A stretch of 31,195 nucleotides of DNA from Vicinamibacteria bacterium (GTDB lineage Bacteria > Acidobacteriota > Vicinamibacteria > Marinacidobacterales > Marinacidobacteraceae), in assembly GCA_963668695.2 (NCBI GenBank), contig CAXXLQ010000003.1, forward strand, positions 1 to 31,195. Direction: 5' to 3'. The translations under genes were made by a program, and so were the position numbers. The notes below the pieces were generated by a model that was not told where the DNA came from, made no database searches, and saw only the letters and a list, made by a program, of their open reading frames with translations. Below are positions 19,796 to 28,755 of the stretch, one piece after another (within the stretch, counting starts at the first letter, position 1; each line of letters begins with the position of its first letter).

Positions 19796-20986
19796 GTGCC
19801 TGCGAAAGCCCGAAAGCTGACCCTTCGAGACCTCGACCTGCGCGGCCGCCGGCTCCTGCTGCGCGCCGATCTGAACGTACCTCTCGGAAACAGACGAGTG
19901 GCCGACGACAGTCGCCTCCGGGCCGCCCTCCCCGCCATCCGCACGGCTCGCGAGCAGGGCGCCGCAGTGGTCGTCACCTCTCATCTGGGTCGGCCCCGCG
20001 GCGAGCCCGATCCCGCGCTCAGCCTGCGGCCGGTCGCGGAGCGGCTTCAGGAACTCCTCGGCGAGACCGTCCGCTTTCGGCCCGGCGTGGTCGGCCGTGA
20101 GGACGGCGAGACGCCGAGGCTCCGTGCCGGCGACGTCGTCGTTCTCGAGAACCTGCGCTTTCATCCGGGCGAGACCGGGAACTCCCCCGAGTTCGCCGCT
20201 CGCCTCGCGGCTTACGGCGACGAGTACGTGAACGACGCCTTCGGCGCCGCCCACCGAGCCCACGCTTCGGTAGAGACCTGCGCGCGGCGCTTTCCACGAG
20301 CGGCAGCCGGCCCCCTGATGGAAGCCGAACTCGCAGCGCTCGGCATGGCGCTCGCAAATCCCCCCCGCCCCTTCGTGGCCATCCTCGGCGGCGCCAAGGT
20401 TTCCGGCAAACTCCCGGTCATCCGGTCGCTCCTCAGCCGCGCCGATCGTCTCCTGATCGGCGGAGCGCTGGCATACACCTTCGCCGCGGCTCAGGGGCTG
20501 CCGACCGGCCGGTCGCTCGTCGAACCAAACCGGATCGCGGAGGCCGCGGCGCTGCTCGACGCCCACGCTGACCGGCTGGTGCTCCCCGTGGACCACTGCA
20601 CCGCACCCTCTACGGACGGAAATTCCATCCGGGAACTTCCGATCGGCGAGATTTCGGCCAACTGGATGGGGCTCGACATCGGCCCGGCGTCGCGCGCCGC
20701 TTTCGCTTCCCACATCGCCGCGGCGGCAACAATCGTCTGGAACGGACCGCTGGGACTCTTCGAGAACCCGCGCTTCGCCGAAGGCACGACCGCCGTGGCG
20801 CTCGCGGTGGCCGAGGCGACCGATCGGGGAGCGACGAGCATCGTCGGCGGCGGGGACTCGCTCGCCGCGGTGCGGCGCGCCGGGGTGTCCGGCCGCATCA
20901 GCCACCTCTCTACCGGCGGCGGGGCGTCCCTCGCCTTCCTCGCCGGAATACCGCTCCCGGGGGTGGAGGCCCTCGCCGATGCCTGA
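19796..20986 (+). CDS. pgk: Phosphoglycerate kinase
   Basis: RADLNVP, SHLGRP, LENLRF, VNDAFGAAHRAHAS, GGAKVSGK, WNGPLG, HLSTGGGASL. Confidence 0.98.
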   Translation: MPAKARKLTLRDLDLRGRRLLLRADLNVPLGNRRVADDSRLRAALPAIRTAREQGAAVVVTSHLGRPRGEPDPALSLRPVAERLQELLGETVRFRPGVVGREDGETPRLRAGDVVVLENLRFHPGETGNSPEFAARLAAYGDEYVNDAFGAAHRAHASVETCARRFPRAAAGPLMEAELAALGMALANPPRPFVAILGGAKVSGKLPVIRSLLSRADRLLIGGALAYTFAAAQGLPTGRSLVEPNRIAEAAALLDAHADRLVLPVDHCTAPSTDGNSIRELPIGEISANWMGLDIGPASRAAFASHIAAAATIVWNGPLGLFENPRFAEGTTAVALAVAEATDRGATSIVGGGDSLAAVRRAGVSGRISHLSTGGGASLAFLAGIPLPGVEALADA

Positions 20987-21761
20987 TCAAACTCCGACCC
21001 GCCGCCCCCTCGTCATCGGGAATTGGAAGATGCACCTGACCGGCGCCGCCGGGGCCGCCCTCGCCAGCGAAATCGCCGCCGGGCTCCCGTCCGGCCTCGA
21101 TCCGAAACGGGCGGCGGTGGCGGTTGCACCGCCGTTCACCGCTCTCGCACCCGTCGCCGAAGCGATCCGGGGCAGCGCCGTGGGACTCGCCGCCCAGGAC
21201 GTCTTCTACGAGCGGGAGGGCGCTTTCACGGGGGCGGTGTCGGCTCCCATGCTCGCGGCCGCCGGATGCTCCATGGTGCTGGTCGGTCACTCGGAGCGGC
21301 GTCACGTCTTCGGGGACAACGACGCGGACGTCCGCAGAAAGACGCTCGCGGTACTCGAAGCGGGGATGCGCCCCGTAGTCTGCGTCGGGGAGACTGCGGA
21401 ACAAAAGGATGCCGGACAGGCCGAAAACGTCGTCCGGGGGCAACTCCAGGCGGCAATCGCCGGCCTGTCGGACACCCAGCTCACTTCGCTCGCCGTCGCC
21501 TATGAGCCGGTCTGGGCCATTGGTACGGGTCGGACCGCCACCCCGGAAACCGCGGAAGCGATGCACCGGGCCATCCGCGCCGGATTGGAGGCTATTGCGG
21601 GGCCTCGGGCCGCCGGAGGGGCGCCGCTGCTTTACGGAGGGTCGGTGAAGGGCGATAATGCCAGCGCCATCCTGGCCGGGGCCAACGTGGATGGCCTGCT
21701 GGTGGGCGGAGCCAGCCTCCGCGCCGACTCGTTCCTGAACATCTGCCACGCCGCCGGCTGA
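20979..21761 (+). CDS. tpiA: Triosephosphate isomerase
   Basis: GNWKM, GHSERR, AYEPVWAIGTG, LYGGSV, LVGGASL. Confidence 0.98.
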   Translation: MPDQTPTRRPLVIGNWKMHLTGAAGAALASEIAAGLPSGLDPKRAAVAVAPPFTALAPVAEAIRGSAVGLAAQDVFYEREGAFTGAVSAPMLAAAGCSMVLVGHSERRHVFGDNDADVRRKTLAVLEAGMRPVVCVGETAEQKDAGQAENVVRGQLQAAIAGLSDTQLTSLAVAYEPVWAIGTGRTATPETAEAMHRAIRAGLEAIAGPRAAGGAPLLYGGSVKGDNASAILAGANVDGLLVGGASLRADSFLNICHAAG

Positions 21762-21834
21762 GCGGCGAACCAGGCGTCAGGCCGCCGCGCCGTATCGGAA
21801 CGAGAGCCGCCCCTGAACCGGAATATCAACGCCA

Positions 21835-22212
21835 ATGACCATCCTGCTCACCATCATCCACATCCTCGTCTGTCTCTTCCTCGTTCTCGTGGTGCTCACC
21901 CAGCAGGGGAAGGGTCAGGATCTCGCGAGCGCCTTCGGCGGCGCCGGCAGCCAGGCGGCCTTCGGGGCCCGGGGCACCGCCTCCCTCCTGACCAAAGTTA
22001 CCGCCGTCGTCGCAGGCCTCTTCATGGTCACTTCGCTGCTGCTCGGGTATGTACAGGCTGATCCCGAGTCTCAGAGCGTGGTGAACGCGCCGGGAGTCAC
22101 GATTCCGGCTCCGGCAGCGGCGATTCCCGCAGCGACGGAGGAGGCGGAGCCCGCCGGCTCCGAAGCGGGTGCAGAACCCGAGAATCCGGAGGCGCCCGAA
22201 TCCGGCGAATAA
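21835..22212 (+). CDS. secG: Preprotein translocase subunit SecG
   Basis: Two TM segments, [19 protein letters not shown]; typical tpiA-secG-tRNA-Leu synteny. Confidence 0.95.
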   Translation: MTILLTIIHILVCLFLVLVVLTQQGKGQDLASAFGGAGSQAAFGARGTASLLTKVTAVVAGLFMVTSLLLGYVQADPESQSVVNAPGVTIPAPAAAIPAATEEAEPAGSEAGAEPENPEAPESGE

Positions 22213-22260
22213 GGCGGCGAGCGCGATCCCGGGGCACCCTCGGGCTTCTGATTCCGTCCC

Positions 22261-22280
22261 GGCGGGGCTTCGGCCCCGCC
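22261..22280. terminator. Hairpin after secG
   Basis: GGCGGGGC-TTCG-GCCCCGCC; followed by TATAAT (possible tRNA -10) rather than a U tract. Confidence 0.45.
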
Positions 22281-22329
22281 CCTATAATTCCGCGTCCGGC
22301 AGTCGAAAGTTCTGCCGGTCCTCACCGCT

Positions 22330-22415
22330 GCCGAAGTGGTGAAATGGTAGACACGTGCGCTTGAGGGGCGTATGGGAGTGATCCCGTGGGGGTTCGAGTC
22401 CCCCCTTCGGCACCA
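22330..22415 (+). tRNA. tRNA-Leu(GAG)
   Basis: GCCGAAG/CTTCGGC acceptor stem, TGCGC-TTGAGGG-GCGTA anticodon arm, long variable arm, GGTTCGAGTCC, CCA. Confidence 0.97.
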
Positions 22416-22579
22416 GGTCGGGCGGCGTGGAAACGGGGCGCACGTGAAGCGCGGGGAAGGCGAAGACATGAACGCGGTGCGCGTGCGCCCCGTTTCCACG
22501 CCGCTCGGCGCTGCGCGCCGAGAATCGGAAGTGCGGCGAGAGCCGGTTTGGTCAGACTGCCGGACGACCCCGGCGGCGC

Positions 22580-23230
22580 TCAGGAACCGAGCACCGCCCG
22601 GAGCAGATGGTGCGGCGTGCCGTCCGCGTCCTCGACTCGCTCGAGCGTCAACTCGCCGAACCCGAGCGCCGTGAGCCATTCCCGGACCTCCGGATTCCCG
22701 GCGTCAACCGGCGCCACCTCATGCGCCTCCCGGTGGAATCGCGTGTGCTGGTGGTCCTCCGGAAAGTCCTCGTCCACGAGCACCAGCCGGCCTCCCGTAC
22801 CGAGCACCCGGCGCACCTCGCCGAGCCCCCGCCGCGGATCCTCCCAATGGTGGAAAGCGTTGATGGAGAAGACCAGCGTGGCCCACCCGTCCAGGACCGG
22901 CAGCCGCTCCGCGGCGGCGCGCCGCACCCGCACGGAGCGGCCCAACCAGAGCGTGCGCACCGCCGTCGCGACGCAGGCGGGCCAGGCCGGATCGAGCGCG
23001 ATCACGCGCACGTCCGGCGCGCTCGCGGCGGCGAGTGCCGCCGCTTCGCCGGGACCGCAGCCGATCTCCACCAAACGGTCACCGGCGCGGATCCCGGCGC
23101 GTTCGACGACCATCCGGTTCCGCGGCTCGCTGTAGTGCCGGATGGCGTACCCGATCGCAGCCGTCGTCCGGAAGCGCTTCCACCACGGTTGTTTGCCCCC
23201 GTCATGGTGGTGGCCCCGGTGGTGCGGCAC
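22580..23230 (-). CDS. Class I SAM-dependent methyltransferase
   Basis: LVEIGCGPG, AAERLP, FHHWEDPRRGLGEVRRVLGTGGRL; His-rich N-terminus. Confidence 0.88.
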   Translation of the reverse strand: MPHHRGHHHDGGKQPWWKRFRTTAAIGYAIRHYSEPRNRMVVERAGIRAGDRLVEIGCGPGEAAALAAASAPDVRVIALDPAWPACVATAVRTLWLGRSVRVRRAAAERLPVLDGWATLVFSINAFHHWEDPRRGLGEVRRVLGTGGRLVLVDEDFPEDHQHTRFHREAHEVAPVDAGNPEVREWLTALGFGELTLERVEDADGTPHHLLRAVLGS

Positions 23231-23295
23231 GGCCTGGAAACGGTACCAGCGGGCGACCCGTGAGCGGCCCCGAGTGCTCGGGTATCTTTGCCCCC

Positions 23296-24207
23296 ATGAC
23301 CCAGTCCCGCTCCTCCGCCACCGGGCTCGTCTACCGCGAGTCCTTCCTCCGCCACAACATCCGCCGCGGCCACCCCGAATCGCCGACCCGGCTGGTGAAG
23401 ATCCGCGAGGCGCTCACCGCCGCCGGACTCCTTCCGGTGCTGGTTCCGGTCGAGAACTGGCCGGATCCCCTGCCCTCGATCATGGGCCACCACACCCCGG
23501 AACACGTGGACCGCATCCGGCGCATCCCGACCACCGGCGAGATCGCCGAACTCGCCGTCGCCGGAGCGCTCGCCGCAGTGCGGGAAGTTTCCGCGGGACG
23601 GCTCAAGAACGCCTTCTGCGCGATCCGGCCGCCGGGACACCACGCGAACAACACCGGCGCGGAGGAGGGCTTTTGTTTCTTCTCGAACGCCGCGGTCGCC
23701 GCCCGCTACACACAGAATGAGTGCGGACACCGGAAGGTGCTGATCGTGGACTGGGACTATCACCACGGCAACGCCACCCAGAACGCCTTCTACGAGGATC
23801 CTTCCGTCCTCTTCTTCTCGACGCACAACTGGTACGACTACCCGGGCACCGGAGACCCCGCCCTGCAGGGCGCGCGGAACGGCAGCGGGACGAACCTGAA
23901 CGTCCACCTCGGGCCGGGCTCCACCGATCGGGACATGCTGGCCGCCTGGGACCGGACACTTCTTCCCGCGGTCGAGCAGTTCCAGCCCGACTTCGTGATC
24001 ATCTCCGCCGGATTCGACAGCCGGAAAGAAGATCTGCTCGGCTCCTTCGAGGTCACGGACGACGCGTTTGCCCGGATGACGCGCACCCTCATGGACGTCG
24101 CCGACCACTATTGCGGCGGCCGGCTCGTCTCCCTGCTCGAGGGCGGCTACAACGTGGACGGACAGGCCCGCGCCGCCGCCGCCCACGTGGCCACCCTCAC
24201 CGACTGA
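23296..24207 (+). CDS. Histone-deacetylase-family Zn-dependent amidohydrolase
   Basis: HPESPTRL, RPPGHHA, GFCFFSN, DWDYHHGN, SAGFD, LEGGY. Confidence 0.95.
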   Translation: MTQSRSSATGLVYRESFLRHNIRRGHPESPTRLVKIREALTAAGLLPVLVPVENWPDPLPSIMGHHTPEHVDRIRRIPTTGEIAELAVAGALAAVREVSAGRLKNAFCAIRPPGHHANNTGAEEGFCFFSNAAVAARYTQNECGHRKVLIVDWDYHHGNATQNAFYEDPSVLFFSTHNWYDYPGTGDPALQGARNGSGTNLNVHLGPGSTDRDMLAAWDRTLLPAVEQFQPDFVIISAGFDSRKEDLLGSFEVTDDAFARMTRTLMDVADHYCGGRLVSLLEGGYNVDGQARAAAAHVATLTD

Positions 24208-24217
24208 GAACTCCGCC

Positions 24218-27200
24218 ATGAAGCACAGCGCGTTCCCCCTCGCCGTCCTCGCCGCCGGATTGGTGCTCGCCCCCGCGGCCAGCACCCAGGAAGAACCGGC
24301 CATCACCGAAGACCTCCTTTCGGGTCTCAAGCTCCGGGGGATCGGCCCCGCCGCCCGCTCCGGCCGGGTCGCGGACGTGACGTTCGATCCGAACGACCGG
24401 GCGACCTGGTACGTCGCGGTGGCCTCCGGAAACGCCTTCAAGACCACGAACCGGGGCACCACCTGGGAGCCCATCTTCGAGAACTACCCGGTCTATTCCA
24501 CCTCGACGATCGTGGTGGATCCGGCGAATTCCAGCGTCTTGTGGCTCGGAACCGGCGAGAACAACGGGCAGCGCTCGGCGGGCTACGGAAACGGCGTCTG
24601 GCGGAGCCGGGACGCCGGGGCTTCGTTCGAACATACCGGGCTCGACGAATCGGAACACATCGGAAAGATCGTCCTCGACCCCCGCGACAGCCAGACGGTC
24701 TGGGTCGCGGCGCAGGGACCGCTCTGGCGATCCGGCGGGGATCGGGGCCTCTACCAGACCACCGACGGGGGCGGCACCTGGGAGCGGGTCCTCCACATCT
24801 CGGAGGACACCGGGATCAGCGACGTGGTCCTCGACCCGCGGAACCCGGACATCGTGTACGCCTCGTCGTGGCAGCGGCGCCGCCACACCGGTCTGCTGGT
24901 GGCCGGCGGTCCCGAAGGAGGGATCCACAAATCGGAAGACGGCGGCGCGACCTGGCGGAAGCTCTCCCGCGGCCTCCCCTCGGGGGACCGCCACGACATC
25001 GGCCGCATCGGGCTCGCCCTCGCGCCCCAGAACCCGGACATCGTCTATGCGCTGATCGCGGCCTCGGACGACGCGAGCGGTTTCTATCGCTCCACCGACC
25101 GCGGCGAGAGCTGGGAAAAACGCAGCGACTACATCTGTGTGGACCCGCAGTACTACATGGAGATCTTCCCGGATCCCCACCGGCCGGGCCGGATCTACTC
25201 GATGGACGTGTGGGTGCAGATCACGGACGACGACGGGAAGACCTGGCGCGACCTCAATAGCCGCTGGAAGCACGTGGACAACCACGACCTGGAGTTCGAT
25301 CCCGACGACCCGGACTACCTGATGGTGAGCTCCGACGGCGGCATCTACGAGAGCTGGGATCTCGGCGAGCGCTGGAAGTTCCACGCCAACCAGTCCCTCA
25401 TGCAGTTCTACCGGGTCGGGATCGATAACGACTTCCCGTTCTACAACGTCTATGGCGGCACCCAGGACAACGCCACCATGGGCGGTCCCTCCCGCACCAT
25501 CAACGTGCACGGCATCCGGAACAGCGACTGGCTGAACGTCATCGGCGGCGACGGTTTCCAGGCGCGGGTGGATCCCGAGGACCCGAACATCATCTACGCG
25601 CAGTTCCAGTACGCGGGGATCGCGCGTTTCGACAGGCGCACGGGCGAGCGGGTGGACATCCAGCCGCAACCGGAACCCGACGACCCGCCGCTCAAGTGGA
25701 ACTGGGACGCGCCGCTCATCATCTCTCCCCATAACGGCCAGCGCCTCTACTTCGGCGCGAACCGCCTCTACCGGAGCGACGACCGCGCGAACACCTGGAC
25801 CCCGATCAGCGAGGACCTGACCCGCGGCATCAACCGCGCCGAACGACCAGTGATGGGGCGGACCTGGAGCACGGACGCGGTGTGGCGCAACGTCTTCACC
25901 TCGACCTACGGGAACATGGTGGCGCTCGACGAATCACCCCTCGTCGAAGGGCTGCTCTACACCGGGATGGACGACGGCCGCATCCAGATCAGCGATGACG
26001 GGGGGATCGAGTGGCGGGCGGTGGATGCCGTTCCGGGCGTTCCGCCCCTCACCTACGTGGCGGATCTCCATGCCTCCCGGCACCGGGAGAACACGGTGTA
26101 CGCGGTCTTCAACAACCACAAGCAGGGCGATTTCGCGCCCTACGTGATGCGCAGCGACGACCGCGGCGTCACCTGGGATGACATCACCGGCGACCTTCCC
26201 GACGACCAGCTCGCCTGGACGGTGGTCGAGGATCCGGGGCAGGAAGGACTGCTCTTCCTGGGCACCGAGTTCGGACTCTTCTCAACCATCGACGGCGGCA
26301 CGCACTGGGTTCGGTTGAAGGGAGGGCTCCCGACCATCGCGATCCGGGATCTGGAGATCCAGGCGCGCGAGAACGACCTGGTCGCGGCCTCGTTCGGGCG
26401 GGGCTTCTTCATCCTCGACGACTACACGCCCTTGCGCCATCTCTCGCCCGAGGCGCTCGCCGGCGACGGCACGGTGTTCCCGGTGAAGGACCCATGGATG
26501 TACGTGGAGGCGAACCCGCTCGGCGGCGGCGAAAAAGCGCAGCGGGGCGACGCCTTCTTCACCGCACCCAACCCGCCCTTCGGGGCGGTGGTCACCTACC
26601 ACCTGAAGGAAGACGTCCTGAGCCTGCGCGACCAGCGGCGGAAGCGGGAGCGAGCCCAGGCAGCCGCCGGCGAACCGCTTCCCTACCCCACCTGGGACGA
26701 ACTGCGGGCCGAGGACCGCGCCGAGGATCCGGCGGTGTTCGTAGTCATTCGAGACTCGGAAGGGAACGTCGTGCGCCGTATTTCCGCGCCGACGAAGGCG
26801 GGGATCCACCGGGTGGCGTGGGACCTCCGGTATCCGGACCCCGAGCGGGGACCAGTGGGGCCGTGGTCGCGGCGCGCCGGGCCGCTGGCGATGCCGCAAA
26901 CCTACACGGCGGAACTCGTAGCGCGCGACGGTGATGGCGCGATGCGTCTCGGCGAGCCGCAGTCCTTCACCCCGAAGGTCCTGGCGGCGGCCGGCGTGCC
27001 GCCCGCCGACGTGGAGGCCCGCCACGCGTTCCAGCGGGAGGTCGCCACGCTCCAGCGCCAGGTCTTCGGCGCCGTTTCCGCGCTCGGAGCCTCCGTCGAA
27101 CGGGTGGAAGCCCTCGCGGAAGCGATCGACGAATCGGGAGCGGAAGGCGATCTCCGTGCCCAGGCGTCGGCGATCCGGGCCGGGCTCCTCGAGCTGCGCG

Positions 27201-27469
27201 TCCGCTTCCTCGGCGACGACACCGTCCGCTCCAGGAGCGAAGCCGTGCTGCCGGGCATCCGCCAGCGCATCCAGCGGGTGGTCGGGGCCTTCTGGTCCAC
27301 CGCCGATCCCACCACGACCCACCGCCGGCAGGCGGAGATCGTCCAAGAGCAGTTCGGCCCGGCAAACGCGGAGCTCGTCAACCTCGTCGAGACGCAGCTC
27401 GCGGGTCTCGAGGCCCAGGCGGACGCCGCGGGAGTGCCCTGGACCCCGGGCCGGCGGATCCCGCGGTAG
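24218..27469 (+). CDS. Secreted VPS10/BNR (Asp-box) beta-propeller glycosyl-hydrolase-like protein
   Basis: Signal peptide; many (S/T)xDxGxTW Asp boxes; GGTQDN, GGDGF, GTEFGLF, ASFGRGF; C-terminal coiled coil. Confidence 0.88.
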   Translation: MKHSAFPLAVLAAGLVLAPAASTQEEPAITEDLLSGLKLRGIGPAARSGRVADVTFDPNDRATWYVAVASGNAFKTTNRGTTWEPIFENYPVYSTSTIVVDPANSSVLWLGTGENNGQRSAGYGNGVWRSRDAGASFEHTGLDESEHIGKIVLDPRDSQTVWVAAQGPLWRSGGDRGLYQTTDGGGTWERVLHISEDTGISDVVLDPRNPDIVYASSWQRRRHTGLLVAGGPEGGIHKSEDGGATWRKLSRGLPSGDRHDIGRIGLALAPQNPDIVYALIAASDDASGFYRSTDRGESWEKRSDYICVDPQYYMEIFPDPHRPGRIYSMDVWVQITDDDGKTWRDLNSRWKHVDNHDLEFDPDDPDYLMVSSDGGIYESWDLGERWKFHANQSLMQFYRVGIDNDFPFYNVYGGTQDNATMGGPSRTINVHGIRNSDWLNVIGGDGFQARVDPEDPNIIYAQFQYAGIARFDRRTGERVDIQPQPEPDDPPLKWNWDAPLIISPHNGQRLYFGANRLYRSDDRANTWTPISEDLTRGINRAERPVMGRTWSTDAVWRNVFTSTYGNMVALDESPLVEGLLYTGMDDGRIQISDDGGIEWRAVDAVPGVPPLTYVADLHASRHRENTVYAVFNNHKQGDFAPYVMRSDDRGVTWDDITGDLPDDQLAWTVVEDPGQEGLLFLGTEFGLFSTIDGGTHWVRLKGGLPTIAIRDLEIQARENDLVAASFGRGFFILDDYTPLRHLSPEALAGDGTVFPVKDPWMYVEANPLGGGEKAQRGDAFFTAPNPPFGAVVTYHLKEDVLSLRDQRRKRERAQAAAGEPLPYPTWDELRAEDRAEDPAVFVVIRDSEGNVVRRISAPTKAGIHRVAWDLRYPDPERGPVGPWSRRAGPLAMPQTYTAELVARDGDGAMRLGEPQSFTPKVLAAAGVPPADVEARHAFQREVATLQRQVFGAVSALGASVERVEALAEAIDESGAEGDLRAQASAIRAGLLELRVRFLGDDTVRSRSEAVLPGIRQRIQRVVGAFWSTADPTTTHRRQAEIVQEQFGPANAELVNLVETQLAGLEAQADAAGVPWTPGRRIPR

Positions 27470-27480
27470 GCCCGAGCAGC

Positions 27481-28719
27481 GTGGCAGCCACGGGTGAGTC
27501 CCGCTACGGCCGGACGATCTATCTCCCTCCGGAGAAAGGCGCCCGCGCCGTTCCGCTGCGGCGTCGGCGACTGACCGCAGGGTCCCCGGCGAGCGGATAT
27601 GACGAGGACTGGCTCCAGCGACTGCTGTTCGAGTCGCCGGAAATCCTACCGATCGGAGAGATTGACGAGGCGTTCGGACCCGTCATCCCGCTCTGCCGCG
27701 AACTGCCCACGGCCGCCGGCCCCATGGATCTCGCCTACGTGAACGAAACGGGCCGGCTCACTCTGGTCGAATGCAAGCTCTGGAGGAACCCCGAGGCGCG
27801 GCGCGAAGTGGTGGCCCAGATTCTGGACTACGCGAAGGAGATCCATCGTTGGTCCTATGAGGAACTCGACCAGGCGGTGCGCCGCGCGCGGCGTGCGGAA
27901 GGGGACAGTCGCGGACTGTTCGATCTGGTGCGGGACCAAAACGAAGATATCGACGAAGCCGCCTTCGTGGACGACGTGACCCGCAACCTGGCGGATGGGC
28001 GCTTCCTGCTGCTCGTGGTTGGCGACGGCATCCGGGAGGGAGTGGAGCGGATCGCCGAACACCTGCGACGGTTCGCGGGCATCCAGTTCACCTTCGGTCT
28101 TGTCGAGCTGGCCATGTTCGAACTGCCGGCGGAAGGCGCGCCGGGCGGCCTCATCGTGGAGCCGCGGGTTCTCGCCCGGACGGTCGAGATCGAACGCGCC
28201 ATCGTGCGACGAGCGGACGTCGGCGTGACAGTGGAGGAAGCTCCGGCACTGTTGACGGGCAGGCGCGCGAAGCGGCGCCTCACCGAGGACGAGTTCTACC
28301 AAGAAGTCGGGAAACTCGACGCAGCGCTTCCCGGCCGACTGCGGGACTTCTTCAAGCGCGTGGAGGATATTGGACTCGTCGTCCTCCCCGAGACTGCATC
28401 CATCGTCCTTCGCTGGGACAGACAGGACGGCAACACAGTCTTCTTCGGTGTCCTGTATGCCGACGGAAGATTGGACGCCGGCTCTATCGCGCAGCGGGCG
28501 GAGCAATTCGGTGACGAGCAGGTCGGAGTGGCCTATCTTCAGTCACTGGCGGGCCTCATTCCGCACTCCCAGGTGAAACCCACCGGCGGCACCCAAAAGT
28601 GGCGGCTGGCGGTGGGCGACCGCCTACCCAAGTTCGCGGCGCCGCTCGAACGCGCCGACGAGTGGCTGGACGCCATCCAGCGGACGATGGACGCCTTCAA
28701 TCGTCTCGCCAGCGGCTAG
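27481..28719 (+). CDS. PD-(D/E)xK (NucS/DUF91-like) endonuclease-domain protein
   Basis: EDWLQ...RELPTAAGPMDLAYVNETGRLTLVECKLWRNPEARREVVAQILDYA (D..ExK..QxxxY). Confidence 0.75.
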   Translation: MAATGESRYGRTIYLPPEKGARAVPLRRRRLTAGSPASGYDEDWLQRLLFESPEILPIGEIDEAFGPVIPLCRELPTAAGPMDLAYVNETGRLTLVECKLWRNPEARREVVAQILDYAKEIHRWSYEELDQAVRRARRAEGDSRGLFDLVRDQNEDIDEAAFVDDVTRNLADGRFLLLVVGDGIREGVERIAEHLRRFAGIQFTFGLVELAMFELPAEGAPGGLIVEPRVLARTVEIERAIVRRADVGVTVEEAPALLTGRRAKRRLTEDEFYQEVGKLDAALPGRLRDFFKRVEDIGLVVLPETASIVLRWDRQDGNTVFFGVLYADGRLDAGSIAQRAEQFGDEQVGVAYLQSLAGLIPHSQVKPTGGTQKWRLAVGDRLPKFAAPLERADEWLDAIQRTMDAFNRLASG

Positions 28720-28755
28720 TTGCCCATCTCCCATGCCGACACGCTGAGGACCATC

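Noticed and set aside
26081-26092. CACCGGGAGAAC, a 12-nt match to the unit inside the VPS10-like gene (also ~30624 in the paralog)
   Set aside because: Partial match encoding HREN in frame in both paralogs, with no insertion signature; probably chance.
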